NCBI GenBank assembly: GCA_038134645.1
Contig: JAYPVO010000001.1
Span: 1-57,896 of the forward strand
Origin: Paracoccaceae bacterium
GTDB taxonomy: Bacteria > Pseudomonadota > Alphaproteobacteria > Rhodobacterales > Rhodobacteraceae
Reading direction: 5' to 3'
Length of the DNA: 57,896 bases
Part shown: piece by piece, positions 28,292-37,831 of the stretch
Numbering within the stretch: position 1 is the first letter of the stretch
How the letters are laid out: each line of letters begins with the position of its first letter
Translations under genes and position numbers: made by a program
Notes under the pieces: generated by a model
What the model was told of the DNA's origin: nothing
What the model saw: only the letters and a program-made list of their open reading frames with translations
Databases searched by the model: none

Positions 28292-29239
28292 ATGAACACC
28301 GTGAAAACCTTAGTACTTTCGTCCAAAAGTGATGATCTTGCCCGCGCCGCTCAGATTTGGAGCGACGGCGGTTTGGTCGCTTTTCCGACTGAGACGGTCT
28401 ATGGCCTCGGCGCTGATGCGCGAAATGATCATGCGGTTGCGCAGATTTATGCAGCCAAGGGGCGACCTTCTTTTAATCCTCTGATTGTGCACGTTCCCGA
28501 CGTTGAAACTGCACGCCGTTATGTGGATTTTTCTGCGGAGGCAGAGCTCTTGGCGTCAGAGTTCTGGCCCGGTGCGTTGACCTTGGTGCTGCCGTTGCGG
28601 CAGGACGCAGGCATTTCGCCACTGGTCACAGCGGGCCTAACCACATTGGCCATCCGTGTTCCAAACGGTGACGTAGCGCAAGCAGTGCTACGTGAATTTA
28701 ATGGCCCGATTGCAGCCCCCTCGGCGAACCCATCGGGTCGCGTAAGTCCAACCTCTGCAGCGCATGTGATTGCTGGATTGTCTGGCCGTATCGATGCCGT
28801 AATCGACGGCGGTCAATGCGGTGTCGGTGTGGAGTCCACTATCGTTGGTTGTGTCAGTGAACCCGCACTGCTGCGATTGGGTGGAGTGCCCGCTGAAGCG
28901 ATCGAAGCCGCGCTAGGTCGTCCCTTGACCGCTGCAGGTGAGGAAATTGTCGCACCCGGTCAATTGGCGTCACATTATGCGCCCGAAGGCACGATGCGGT
29001 TGAATGTGACCGATGCGCAGGCAGACGAAACGCTCTTGGGATTCGGGCCGGTGGAGGGCGCAGCACTATCGTTGTCCGTGACGGGTGATTTGGTCGAAGC
29101 CGCGGCAAACCTTTTTGATTGTTTGCATCAGTTGAATGCACTTGGTGCGACGAAAATTGCTGTATCGCCGGTGCCCGATGTCGGGCTGGGGCGCGCCATC
29201 AATGATCGCCTCGCTCGCGCTGCTGCCCCTCGGGACTAA
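28292..29239 (+). CDS. tsaC: L-threonylcarbamoyladenylate synthase (Sua5 type)
   Basis: FPTETVYGL, KGRPSFNPLIVH, APSAN.SG, APGQL.SHYAP plus SUA5 C-domain. Confidence 0.93.
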   Translation: MNTVKTLVLSSKSDDLARAAQIWSDGGLVAFPTETVYGLGADARNDHAVAQIYAAKGRPSFNPLIVHVPDVETARRYVDFSAEAELLASEFWPGALTLVLPLRQDAGISPLVTAGLTTLAIRVPNGDVAQAVLREFNGPIAAPSANPSGRVSPTSAAHVIAGLSGRIDAVIDGGQCGVGVESTIVGCVSEPALLRLGGVPAEAIEAALGRPLTAAGEEIVAPGQLASHYAPEGTMRLNVTDAQADETLLGFGPVEGAALSLSVTGDLVEAAANLFDCLHQLNALGATKIAVSPVPDVGLGRAINDRLARAAAPRD

Positions 29240-29246
29240 CGTATAC

Positions 29247-29573
29247 TCAGCCGAGGTTGTTCTTCTCGATATACATCCGAAGCTCTTCGGCCTCGTGACG
29301 CGCATCGCGTAGGCCGTCCATCGCTGCCCGCAGCTCTGCCTCTGTCTGTGCCAGTTGGTTGGTGATCTCTGCCTCGCGTTGTTGCAGGTATGTGATCGCC
29401 TGATCGCGGGTTTCTTCGGCTTCGTGCAGCGCTTGTGCCATCCGATCCAATTCACCGATTTCGGCCTTCGTCACGCGGGTAAAGCGGTTGATCAGCCAAC
29501 TTGCGAACCATCCCAAAGAGAAGGCCACAAACAGGATGACTGCCGTTGCAAAGATAAGCTCGGTTCTGTTCAT
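29247..29573 (-). CDS. Small TM + coiled-coil protein downstream of OmpA gene
   Basis: N-terminal hydrophobic helix then heptad-rich region; 10 bp after OmpA gene. Confidence 0.8.
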   Translation of the reverse strand: MNRTELIFATAVILFVAFSLGWFASWLINRFTRVTKAEIGELDRMAQALHEAEETRDQAITYLQQREAEITNQLAQTEAELRAAMDGLRDARHEAEELRMYIEKNNLG

Positions 29574-29583
29574 GACGTATCCC

Positions 29584-31497
29584 TTATTCGGCGGCTGGCT
29601 CTGCGGCCGCGTCCTCGGTTACAGGCGCGGTGTCGTCGGTTGGTGTTTCGGTCGTATCAGGCTCTGCTGCCGCGTCCTCAGTTGGTTCGGGCTGAACCAA
29701 GTGGAATTCGATACGGCGGTTTGCCTCGCGGCCTTCTTCGGTGTCGTTATCAGCGATAGGGTCGGCCTCACCATATCCCTTGGCCGTAAAGCTCGATGTG
29801 ATGATGCGGCGCATGCGCAGGGCAGAAACAACTGCCTCAGCACGGTTTTGGCTAAGTCGTGCGTTCATCTCTTCGCGGCCTTGGCTATCCGTGTAGCCCG
29901 CGATTTCGAGTTCGATATCAACGCATTGGCGTAGGATTTCTGCAATATCGTCCATCACAGGAAGTGTGGCACTTGTCAGCGTGGCTGAACCGGGATCAAA
30001 GGTGATCTTACGGTCTTCGGTGACTACGTTGATCTGCGCCACACATTCTTCGGACGATGGTGTTTCCACAACCAGATCCAGTTGCGGCTCATATTCCACA
30101 TCGACGCTAAAATCTGCATCAGAGCCAAGCTTTTCGACAAAAAGTCCCGAAATATCAGCTGAGGCTTCTTCGTCACCTGTTTGACCTGTGATGATAATCG
30201 TATCGGATTGGATGGTCACCGAGCCGCTTGAAAGGTGGGATAGTGCATCGAGGCCAGCCAAAACGCGGACTTGCCAACCCGCTGGCAACCCTTCGCTATC
30301 AACCAATGTGCCCATGACGACCTCGTCACCGGCAAATTTCGCTCGCGCATAGTTTTCAATGACCATGTTGGTCAGGTCATCTGGCACGCGGCCGCTCAAA
30401 TCCAAAACAGACTCTGTGCTCAACGTTGCGATGAATTGTTCAGGCCCGTCTGGGCCTTCTTCAGTGCTGGTCGGCAAATGCGCGGTGAGCGCGAAAAGCT
30501 CGGGCAGGGCGTTATCCAACCGACCAATCACGTCGTCGAATTTGGTTTGGTCGGTATCGGTCAGCGCGGTCACCGTGACATCCGCATCAGAGATGGTCAG
30601 CGTTCCGCCACCCAATTCGCCCAGTGCATTGATCGATTGCGATACCGCATCGCCCCACGTGCGCGAAGGAACACCCAAGGCCAATGTGCACGAATCGCGA
30701 CCTTCGTAGCCGTTTGCGTGAGCCGCATTCAGGATTTTGTCCCGCGACGCCGCGGTGTCAGCTGTGCATGCCTCAAAACGCGCTCCGTTTTCATCGATGA
30801 TGAAACGCGTGATGTAGGGAGAAACGACAGGACGCGGTGCGGTGATGGTGAGGGCCAATGCGACGTTGTCGGGTTTCATCGCGCGAATACGCTGTTCCAG
30901 CGTGTTTCTTTGATCGCCGCTGTCAGCACTTGCGTTGATTGTGACAGTCCCTGCGCCGACAGAGATTTTTGAACGCGGCAACATTTCCAACGCACGAAGC
31001 GCAAAGGTCACGGAATTCCGCCAACCTTCTGGGACAGGGTAATCCGCACCTTCGAGAAGGTCGGTGACAGAGCTGCCGTTCGCCGCGTCCGCAATGCGGC
31101 GATTGAGGTTTTGTCGATCAGTGGATGCTGGGATCAATCCGATCAACGACACGCCGCTAGCATTGCGCAGAATTTCGATTGCAAAATCGGGAGCTGTCAG
31201 ACCCGCCTGATTTGCGACGCCCATATTGCTGATCACACGGCTCGCATCGACCACACCGCCTGCTGCGTTCACGGCGCGTAGACGAAGAACTTCGTCGGGG
31301 GCCTCACCTTCGAGGACGACTTGCAGGCCATCGCCGATCACGCGAACCCAGCCCAAATCCGCATCGAGAAGTGCTTCTTGAACGGCGAGCGAGGATTTGT
31401 ATTCGAGGAGTCGCACCGCGCTTTCAGCGCCCAAGGTTGCAATCAGGGCAGCCACTCCGAAAGTGCCGACACGAATGAAAACCGAGGATAGACGCAT
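29584..31497 (-). CDS. OmpA-like peptidoglycan-binding protein with probable BON-like repeats
   Basis: C-terminal GYTDSQG..MN.RLSQNRA and GREANRRIEF; N-terminal TM anchor. Confidence 0.88.
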   Translation of the reverse strand: MRLSSVFIRVGTFGVAALIATLGAESAVRLLEYKSSLAVQEALLDADLGWVRVIGDGLQVVLEGEAPDEVLRLRAVNAAGGVVDASRVISNMGVANQAGLTAPDFAIEILRNASGVSLIGLIPASTDRQNLNRRIADAANGSSVTDLLEGADYPVPEGWRNSVTFALRALEMLPRSKISVGAGTVTINASADSGDQRNTLEQRIRAMKPDNVALALTITAPRPVVSPYITRFIIDENGARFEACTADTAASRDKILNAAHANGYEGRDSCTLALGVPSRTWGDAVSQSINALGELGGGTLTISDADVTVTALTDTDQTKFDDVIGRLDNALPELFALTAHLPTSTEEGPDGPEQFIATLSTESVLDLSGRVPDDLTNMVIENYARAKFAGDEVVMGTLVDSEGLPAGWQVRVLAGLDALSHLSSGSVTIQSDTIIITGQTGDEEASADISGLFVEKLGSDADFSVDVEYEPQLDLVVETPSSEECVAQINVVTEDRKITFDPGSATLTSATLPVMDDIAEILRQCVDIELEIAGYTDSQGREEMNARLSQNRAEAVVSALRMRRIITSSFTAKGYGEADPIADNDTEEGREANRRIEFHLVQPEPTEDAAAEPDTTETPTDDTAPVTEDAAAEPAAE

Positions 31498-31557
31498 ATT
31501 TAGGGCGGCTCTTTTTTGCATTTCGTATTGTCTAGGCCTTACAGCCCAAAGGTGCAA

Positions 31558-32517
31558 TCAAAGTAAAATAGCACAAGCGAAAAACAGCACAGGAATGAGG
31601 CCCGTATCGCGGTTGGACCTGAAGAGACGCAACAAAACGCTGTTATCATCAGGATTGAACCGTGTGAGTTGCCACATGAGATGCCAACCCATCGCCCAAA
31701 TCCCGCAAAAAGCGATAACCAAAGATAACATCGAGCGATCAATCGTGGCGAGAACGGCAGCGGCGCCCAACAGCGCAACTGTCGCGATCAAGAACCACCT
31801 TAGCCACATTGCAGAGCGATCACCGAACAGTCGAGCGGTCGATTTAACGCCAATCAGAGCATCGTCTTCGGTGTCCTGATGGGCATAGATCGTGTCATAG
31901 AACAGCGTCCATGCGATGCCGCCTAAGTAAAGTAGGACAGGCGGCCAACCCAGTGATCCCGTGTGCGCGGCCCAGCCCATGAGTGCGCCCCAGTTGAACG
32001 CGATACCGAGGAACACTTGCGGCCACCACGTGAACCGTTTCGCGAATGGGTAGATCAGCACGGGGACAATCGACACGACGCCGAGGGCAATCGTGAAGGT
32101 GTTAAAGCTGACGAGGATGCCGAGGGAGATGAGCGCCTGAAGCGCCATCCAGATGGCTGCCTTCTTCGGGGTGACTTGGCCTGACGGGATCGGACGGGAC
32201 CGTGTTCGTGCAACTGCCGCGTCAAAGTCCCGATCCGTGATGTCATTCCAAGTGCAGCCCGCACCACGCATCAAGAACGCCCCGACCGCGCAACTGACGG
32301 CAATCCAGAGGTCGAATAGGCCAATGCTGTTTGTTTGGAGAATGGCGAGCGCAAGGCTCCACCAGCATGGCAAGAGCAAGAGCCATGTTCCGATGGGTCG
32401 ATCCGCGCGGGATAACCTGAGGTAGGGGCGGGTCCATGCGGGTGCAAACGTATCGACCCAATTGCCTTTCACCGCATCGGCTACTGTGCCCTCTGGCATT
32501 TGGTCGGTGTCGCTCAT
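31558..32517 (-). CDS. ubiA: 4-hydroxybenzoate polyprenyltransferase
   Basis: RADRPIG, NDITDRDFD...RT.SRP, YDTIYAHQD..DD. Confidence 0.95.
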   Translation of the reverse strand: MSDTDQMPEGTVADAVKGNWVDTFAPAWTRPYLRLSRADRPIGTWLLLLPCWWSLALAILQTNSIGLFDLWIAVSCAVGAFLMRGAGCTWNDITDRDFDAAVARTRSRPIPSGQVTPKKAAIWMALQALISLGILVSFNTFTIALGVVSIVPVLIYPFAKRFTWWPQVFLGIAFNWGALMGWAAHTGSLGWPPVLLYLGGIAWTLFYDTIYAHQDTEDDALIGVKSTARLFGDRSAMWLRWFLIATVALLGAAAVLATIDRSMLSLVIAFCGIWAMGWHLMWQLTRFNPDDNSVLLRLFRSNRDTGLIPVLFFACAILL

Positions 32518-32529
32518 ATTGTCCGCCCC

Positions 32530-33249
32530 ATGGCATCTAAAGTTCGGCTCTATGTAGAACAGGCCCTTGGTGAAGGGCAAACCGTCTCTCTTGAAAAAGA
32601 GCAGGCTCATTACCTTTTTGGCGTGATGCGTTTGACCGAAGGCACAGTCGTGTCGCTGTTCAACGGGCGTGACGGCGAATGGGACGCAGAGGTCGCGCAG
32701 GCCGGCAAAAAAGCGGGATCGCTTGTGTGCATGACGCAGACAAAGCCGCTGCAAATGCCGCCTGACCTTTGGTTCTATTTTGCGCCGATCAAAAAAGACC
32801 GCACCGATTTCATCGTTGAAAAAGCAGCAGAGATGGGCGCGGCGCGGATCATCCCTGTGCAAACAGACTTTACCAACTCTGGACGCGTGAATGTGGAACG
32901 CTTGCAGGCCCACGCGCTTGAGGCGGCAGAGCAATGCGGCGGCACCTATGTCCCTGAAGTTGGGGAGATGGAGAAGCTGTCCAAGGTGCTCGACCATTGG
33001 GACGAAAGCCGACAGTTGATGTTCTGTGATGAGGCGTTGGTCGGTGCCCAAGAGGCGCTGACGGGTGCTGGCAAAGGTCCGTGGGCGATTTTGATCGGAC
33101 CAGAGGGCGGGTTTTCCGAGGCAGAGCGCACACGCCTGAAGTCGAAACCTTACGCCCATTCCGTGAGCCTCGGCCCGCGTATTCTACGAGCCGACACGGC
33201 TGCCGTTGCCGCTCTTACGGTTTGGCAGCAGCTTTTGGGTGATTGGTAG
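32530..33249 (+). CDS. rsmE: 16S rRNA m3U1498 methyltransferase
   Basis: HYL..VMR, EAAEQC, IGPEGGFS, LGPRILRADTA. Confidence 0.95.
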   Translation: MASKVRLYVEQALGEGQTVSLEKEQAHYLFGVMRLTEGTVVSLFNGRDGEWDAEVAQAGKKAGSLVCMTQTKPLQMPPDLWFYFAPIKKDRTDFIVEKAAEMGAARIIPVQTDFTNSGRVNVERLQAHALEAAEQCGGTYVPEVGEMEKLSKVLDHWDESRQLMFCDEALVGAQEALTGAGKGPWAILIGPEGGFSEAERTRLKSKPYAHSVSLGPRILRADTAAVAALTVWQQLLGDW

Positions 33250-33252
33250 GGC

Positions 33253-33786
33253 ATGGCAAACCTGATCCGACCCGAAGCCAAGGCGGCGCTGCTACGTCAT
33301 CAGCAGACCATCATGGGCGGCGCAATCGTGGCGCTTGGACTGTGGCTCGCGTCATTTAGCTTTGGGATCGTCCTTTGGTTCGCTTATGCGGTCACTCTTG
33401 TCGGTTTCGTTGTGGCTATCGATGGGCTTCGTCGGGCACGGTTCACCAAAGCGGCCTCAGGCGATGGTCCGGGGGTCGTCGAAATTGACGAACGTCGGAT
33501 TTCTTGGATGTCGGCGCATTTTGGCGGGGCCATAGATATGGACCTGTTGAAAATGGTCGAGGTTCAGGTGACTGCGGGCGCAAAAGCGCTCTGGATTTTT
33601 ACCCAGACGGACGGCCAAAGGTTGGCGGTGCCGTCTGCGGCTCAGGGCGCTGAGAAACTAATCGATGCGCTTGCGGCGCTAAAAGGGTTCGATTTCGCAA
33701 CGGCCCTCAAGGCGCTAGAGGCGAAAAAAGAACAACGTTTTGTGCTTTGGCGCGCAGGTGATTTGCATGTGGAAAAACAGGACTGA
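33253..33786 (+). CDS. Hypothetical 2-TM protein with PH-like C-terminal domain
   Basis: In operon behind rsmE; two hydrophobic helices then GPGVVEIDE beta-rich region. Confidence 0.75.
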   Translation: MANLIRPEAKAALLRHQQTIMGGAIVALGLWLASFSFGIVLWFAYAVTLVGFVVAIDGLRRARFTKAASGDGPGVVEIDERRISWMSAHFGGAIDMDLLKMVEVQVTAGAKALWIFTQTDGQRLAVPSAAQGAEKLIDALAALKGFDFATALKALEAKKEQRFVLWRAGDLHVEKQD

Positions 33787-33860
33787 CCATCCCTTGACTT
33801 GACCCGCTAACAAGTCCACCTCAAAGCTTCACAACGAATTAAACAGATCGAGGCGACCCC

Positions 33861-35231
33861 ATGTCTATACCACAATCCGGCGGAGGCCCGATCGAAAGCC
33901 ATGACCAGCTGGCGGAATACCTCGCCTCTGGGTGCAAACCCAAAGAAGACTGGCGCATTGGCACCGAACACGAAAAGTTCGGCTACTGCCGTGATAGCCT
34001 ACGCCCGATCCCCTATGAGGGTGATCGGTCGGTCAAGGCTATGCTCGAAGGGCTGCGTGATCGGTATGGCTGGGATCCCGTTCTCGAAGCGGGGCAACTG
34101 ATCGGTCTGACCCGTAATGGCGCCAACGTGAGCCTCGAACCGGGTGGGCAGTTGGAACTCTCGGGCGCGCCTTTGGAATCCATCCACCAGACCTGTGATG
34201 AGGTGAACGAACACCTGCGTGAAGTGCACTCTATCGCGGATGAAGTGGGCGTCAGCTTTATCGGTCTGGGTGCCGCGCCGATTTGGAAGCACGAAGATAT
34301 GCCTGTGATGCCCAAGGGGCGTTACAAACTGATGACCGAATACATGGGCCGTGTTGGCACGAGCGGCACGCAGATGATGTATCGGACCTGTACTGTCCAA
34401 GTGAACCTCGACTTCGCGTCTGAGGCGGACATGGTGCAGAAATTCCGCGTGGCTCTGGCGTTGCAGCCTGTCGCGACCGCGCTGTTCGCGAATTCGCCCT
34501 TCTTTGAGGGTAAACTGAACGGTCACAAATCGTGGCGTTCGCAGATTTGGCGGCACCTTGATGACAGCCGCACGGGTATGCTGCCCTTCGTGTTCGAAGA
34601 CGGCATGGGCTTTGAGCGTTACGTGGATTACGCGCTCGATGTGCCGATGTATTTTGTCTACCGCGATGGCAAATACATCAACGCGCTGGGCCAATCGTTC
34701 CGCGATTTCATGAAGGGTCAATTGCCCGCGTTGCCCGGTGAAACCCCGACATTGTCGGATTGGGCCGACCACCTGACCACGGCATTCCCCGAAGCGCGTA
34801 TCAAGAAATACATGGAAATGCGCGGTGCTGATGGTGGCCCGTGGCGTCGCCTGTGCGCCCTGCCTGCGCTTTGGGTTGGCATGATGTATGACCAATCCGC
34901 GCTCGACGCTGCTTGGGACTTGGCCAAAGGGTTTGATGCTGAAACACGCGAAGCGCTGCGCGTTGCGGCATCCGTCGATGGTCTGCATGCGCAGGTTGGC
35001 AACATCAAAATGATGGACCTCGCCAAAGAAGTCGTCGCCATTTCCGAGGCTGGTCTGAAAGCCCGCGCTAAAGTCGGCGCGAACGGGCTCATTCCAGACG
35101 AGACCCATTTCCTCAATGCCCTCAAAGAGAGCCTTGATACGGGTAAAGCACCTGCTGATGAACTGATTGCCCGCTACAATGGCGATTGGAACGGCGACCT
35201 GACCAAGATTTACGGTGAATACAGCTACTGA
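33861..35231 (+). CDS. gshA: Glutamate--cysteine ligase (alphaproteobacterial/plant type)
   Basis: IGTEHEKF, SLEPGGQLELSG, QVNLD, EMRGADGG. Confidence 0.95.
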   Translation: MSIPQSGGGPIESHDQLAEYLASGCKPKEDWRIGTEHEKFGYCRDSLRPIPYEGDRSVKAMLEGLRDRYGWDPVLEAGQLIGLTRNGANVSLEPGGQLELSGAPLESIHQTCDEVNEHLREVHSIADEVGVSFIGLGAAPIWKHEDMPVMPKGRYKLMTEYMGRVGTSGTQMMYRTCTVQVNLDFASEADMVQKFRVALALQPVATALFANSPFFEGKLNGHKSWRSQIWRHLDDSRTGMLPFVFEDGMGFERYVDYALDVPMYFVYRDGKYINALGQSFRDFMKGQLPALPGETPTLSDWADHLTTAFPEARIKKYMEMRGADGGPWRRLCALPALWVGMMYDQSALDAAWDLAKGFDAETREALRVAASVDGLHAQVGNIKMMDLAKEVVAISEAGLKARAKVGANGLIPDETHFLNALKESLDTGKAPADELIARYNGDWNGDLTKIYGEYSY

Positions 35232-35840
35232 TCAGCCTTTTTGGCCGATCTTACCTTCAGTTCCGCTGCGCAGTCTCTGAATGTTGGCCCAATGGCGCCA
35301 GTAAATCAGGACTGCCAGTAGAACGCAGAGCATGAACAGGTCATGGCGTCCGATCAGGGCTGCGTAGACGGGCGACAGGCCAGACGCCAAGAGCGCCGAC
35401 AGCGACGAATAACGGCTGATCACCGCGGTCAAAAGCCATGTTGCGCAGACCATGAGGCCAATCGGCCAAGAGATGGCGAGCATGATGCCGATAAAGGTCG
35501 CAACACCTTTGCCGCCCTTAAAACCTAGCCAAACAGGGAAACAGTGGCCAAAGAACGCAAAGAGCGCGGCCGCCTGTGCGGCGCCTTCGCCAGCGAAAGC
35601 GCGAGCCAGTAGAACAGCTACAGCACCCTTGCCACCATCAAAGATCAGCGTCAGCGCAGCGGCTTTTTTGTTACCTGTTCGCAGAACGTTCGTCGCGCCG
35701 ATATTACCCGACCCGATTTTGCGCAGATCGCCAAGGTTCATCGCTTTCGCGAGGATCATGCCAAAGGGAACGGACCCTAGAAGGTAGCCGATAACGGCCC
35801 AAAGGATGACGGCGGTCGGGGCTTGGCTGAAGTCGGGCAT
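35232..35840 (-). CDS. plsY: Glycerol-3-phosphate acyltransferase
   Basis: GSGNIGATNVLR, GH.FP...FKGGKGVAT, RH..NI. Confidence 0.95.
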   Translation of the reverse strand: MPDFSQAPTAVILWAVIGYLLGSVPFGMILAKAMNLGDLRKIGSGNIGATNVLRTGNKKAAALTLIFDGGKGAVAVLLARAFAGEGAAQAAALFAFFGHCFPVWLGFKGGKGVATFIGIMLAISWPIGLMVCATWLLTAVISRYSSLSALLASGLSPVYAALIGRHDLFMLCVLLAVLIYWRHWANIQRLRSGTEGKIGQKG

Positions 35841-35843
35841 CGG

Positions 35844-37121
35844 TTACTCCTGATCGACGCGGCGACCCGCGACCCATGTGCCTGCGACTGTGCCTTGAAG
35901 TCGGGCGCCGTCAAAGGGGGTATTTTTGGATTTCGAGCGGAGTTTGGACCGATCAAGGATAAACGGCGCATCTGGATCGAACAAAACGAGGTCCGCAGGC
36001 GCATCAGCGATCAGCCGGCCGCAGTCGAGGCCGAGGCGACGCGCTGGGTTCAGCGATAGGGCGCGGAACAGTTTGGGCAGCGTAATATGCCCCGCGTGCA
36101 CCAAACGAAGCGCAGCAGGGAGCAAGGTTTCAAGCCCGACCGCACCGCTTGCCGCATCCTCAAACGGCAGGCGTTTGGATTCTTCGTCTTGGGGGGTGTG
36201 CATCGAACAGATCACGTCGATTAATCCGCTCTCAACGGCTTGGATGACGGCGATCCGATCTTCTTCGCTGCGCAGAGGCGGTTTGAATTTAAAGAACGTC
36301 CGATAGTCTGCGACATCGAATTCGTTCAGCGTCAGGTGGTGGATGCCGACCCCTGCTGTGACGTCCAGACCATTGCGTTTCGCACGTTCAAGAGCGGGGA
36401 GCGCGCGGGCGGTTGTGATCTGGTCGACGTGATACCGTGCACCTGTCATTTCGATCAGTGAAATATCGCGGTCGAGGCCCATACGCTCTGCAATCGGGTT
36501 GACCCCTGGTAGGCCGCGCAGGGACGCGAATTTACCAGATGTGACCGACGAACCAGCGGAAAGAGTCGGTTCTTGGACGTGACCGATCACCAGTGCGCCA
36601 AGGCTTTTGGCGTAGGTCAGGGCGCGGCTGTAAATCTTGGCATCGGTGACCACGTGATCGCCGTCCGTAAAGGCGACAGCGCCCGCATCCAAAAGGAACC
36701 CGATCTCTGTCATCTCGCGGCCATCGCGACCTTTGGTCAGCGCGGCCATATGGCAAACGTTGACCTTTGCATCAGCCTGCGCACGGCGCGCAACGAATTC
36801 GAGCGTTTCGGGGGTATCAATCGCAGCTGTGGTATCGGGGCGAGTGACAATGGTTGTCACGCCACCAGCGGCAGCGGCACGACCCGCAGTGCGGTAGGAT
36901 TCTTTATGGCGCTCGCCAGGTTCGCCGACCTTAACGCCCATGTCCACGATGCCGGGCGCGAGGCATAGCCCGCCGCAATCAATCGTCTCTTTAGCTGGAC
37001 TCGTTTCGCCTTTTTCGAGGATGGCTGTGATCTTGCCATCTTTGACCGTGATCGCCCCGAGGCTATCGGTCAGTGTGACCGGATCAATCAGTCGTGCGTT
37101 GTGAAAAAGAATATCGTCCAT
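35844..37121 (-). CDS. pyrC: Dihydroorotase-like protein, probably inactive PyrC'
   Basis: DHOase fold (AAAGG.TT, KPPLR, SKNTPF) but DMGVKVGEPG replaces D.HVH and CSMHTPQ replaces .TDHAPH. Confidence 0.85.
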   Translation of the reverse strand: MDDILFHNARLIDPVTLTDSLGAITVKDGKITAILEKGETSPAKETIDCGGLCLAPGIVDMGVKVGEPGERHKESYRTAGRAAAAGGVTTIVTRPDTTAAIDTPETLEFVARRAQADAKVNVCHMAALTKGRDGREMTEIGFLLDAGAVAFTDGDHVVTDAKIYSRALTYAKSLGALVIGHVQEPTLSAGSSVTSGKFASLRGLPGVNPIAERMGLDRDISLIEMTGARYHVDQITTARALPALERAKRNGLDVTAGVGIHHLTLNEFDVADYRTFFKFKPPLRSEEDRIAVIQAVESGLIDVICSMHTPQDEESKRLPFEDAASGAVGLETLLPAALRLVHAGHITLPKLFRALSLNPARRLGLDCGRLIADAPADLVLFDPDAPFILDRSKLRSKSKNTPFDGARLQGTVAGTWVAGRRVDQE

Positions 37122-37185
37122 GTCCGTCCCTCGGGCCGCCTTTGGTCTTTGGGTATAAGCGAACAAACGCAGGGCGCAAGCGGTG

Positions 37186-37665
37186 TCAGTGGGAAGTGGC
37201 TTGTGCAGCCTCAATCGCGTCTTTCACAGCATCGGGATCTTCTTGATAGCGGATCAGATGTTTATCACCGTTCAGTGTCACGACTTGGACGGCGGTCCAG
37301 ATGACGTTGATCTTGGTGATGTTATCGAGCGTCGTGACCTTGTTTTGTGGGCCCATCATGCGCTGATTGGTCAGAACCCAGACGGATTTACGTTCGTCTG
37401 GGCCAAGGTAAAGCGCACGAACCCCAATTGCCAAAACAGCCCCGACGGTCGCGGTCCACCAGTGCGGATTACCCATGCCGATCAGAATGCCCGCGCCCAC
37501 GACCGAAAAAAACAGCGCCATCCACGCCTGTGATCGCCAAAATGTGACGGTGTCAGCCGTCATGCGCATGATCTCTACTTCGCCGTCGTTGAGGGGGAGC
37601 GTTGGGACGAAGTTCCGGTTCATGCCCAAAATGGCATTGTCAGGTTGGTGTTCGCGATTTGCCAT
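37186..37665 (-). CDS. Hypothetical 2-TM protein with bacterial PH-like domain
   Basis: Two TM helices then W.LTNQR motif typical of bPH domains. Confidence 0.7.
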   Translation of the reverse strand: MANREHQPDNAILGMNRNFVPTLPLNDGEVEIMRMTADTVTFWRSQAWMALFFSVVGAGILIGMGNPHWWTATVGAVLAIGVRALYLGPDERKSVWVLTNQRMMGPQNKVTTLDNITKINVIWTAVQVVTLNGDKHLIRYQEDPDAVKDAIEAAQATSH

Positions 37666-37772
37666 CAGCCAGCTATTACGACCATGACCACTACCAAAAG
37701 CGCCATCACAGCGAGCGCGGCCATTGCCACCATGCCGCCCATTCGCGCATCTGATTTCCGTTTGTCACTCAT
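37665..37772 (-). CDS. 35-aa single-TM small protein
   Basis: MSDKRKSDARMGGMVAMAALAVMALLVVVMVVIAG; AAAGGA RBS; TGATG coupling to the next ORF. Confidence 0.6.
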   Translation of the reverse strand: MSDKRKSDARMGGMVAMAALAVMALLVVVMVVIAG

Positions 37773-37831
37773 CGGTCGTTCCTTTCAAAACCCGCAGTAT
37801 CGCAGTTTTGCGCCCTTCGGTTTGTTTCAGG

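Noticed and set aside
32518-33159. 214-aa N-terminal extension of ubiA in the ORF track
   Set aside because: It is the antisense of rsmE; UbiA-like sequence begins near 32517.
33999-35108. 369-aa antisense ORF over gshA (also those over trpA and DUF4175)
   Set aside because: Shadow ORFs with no protein-like features.
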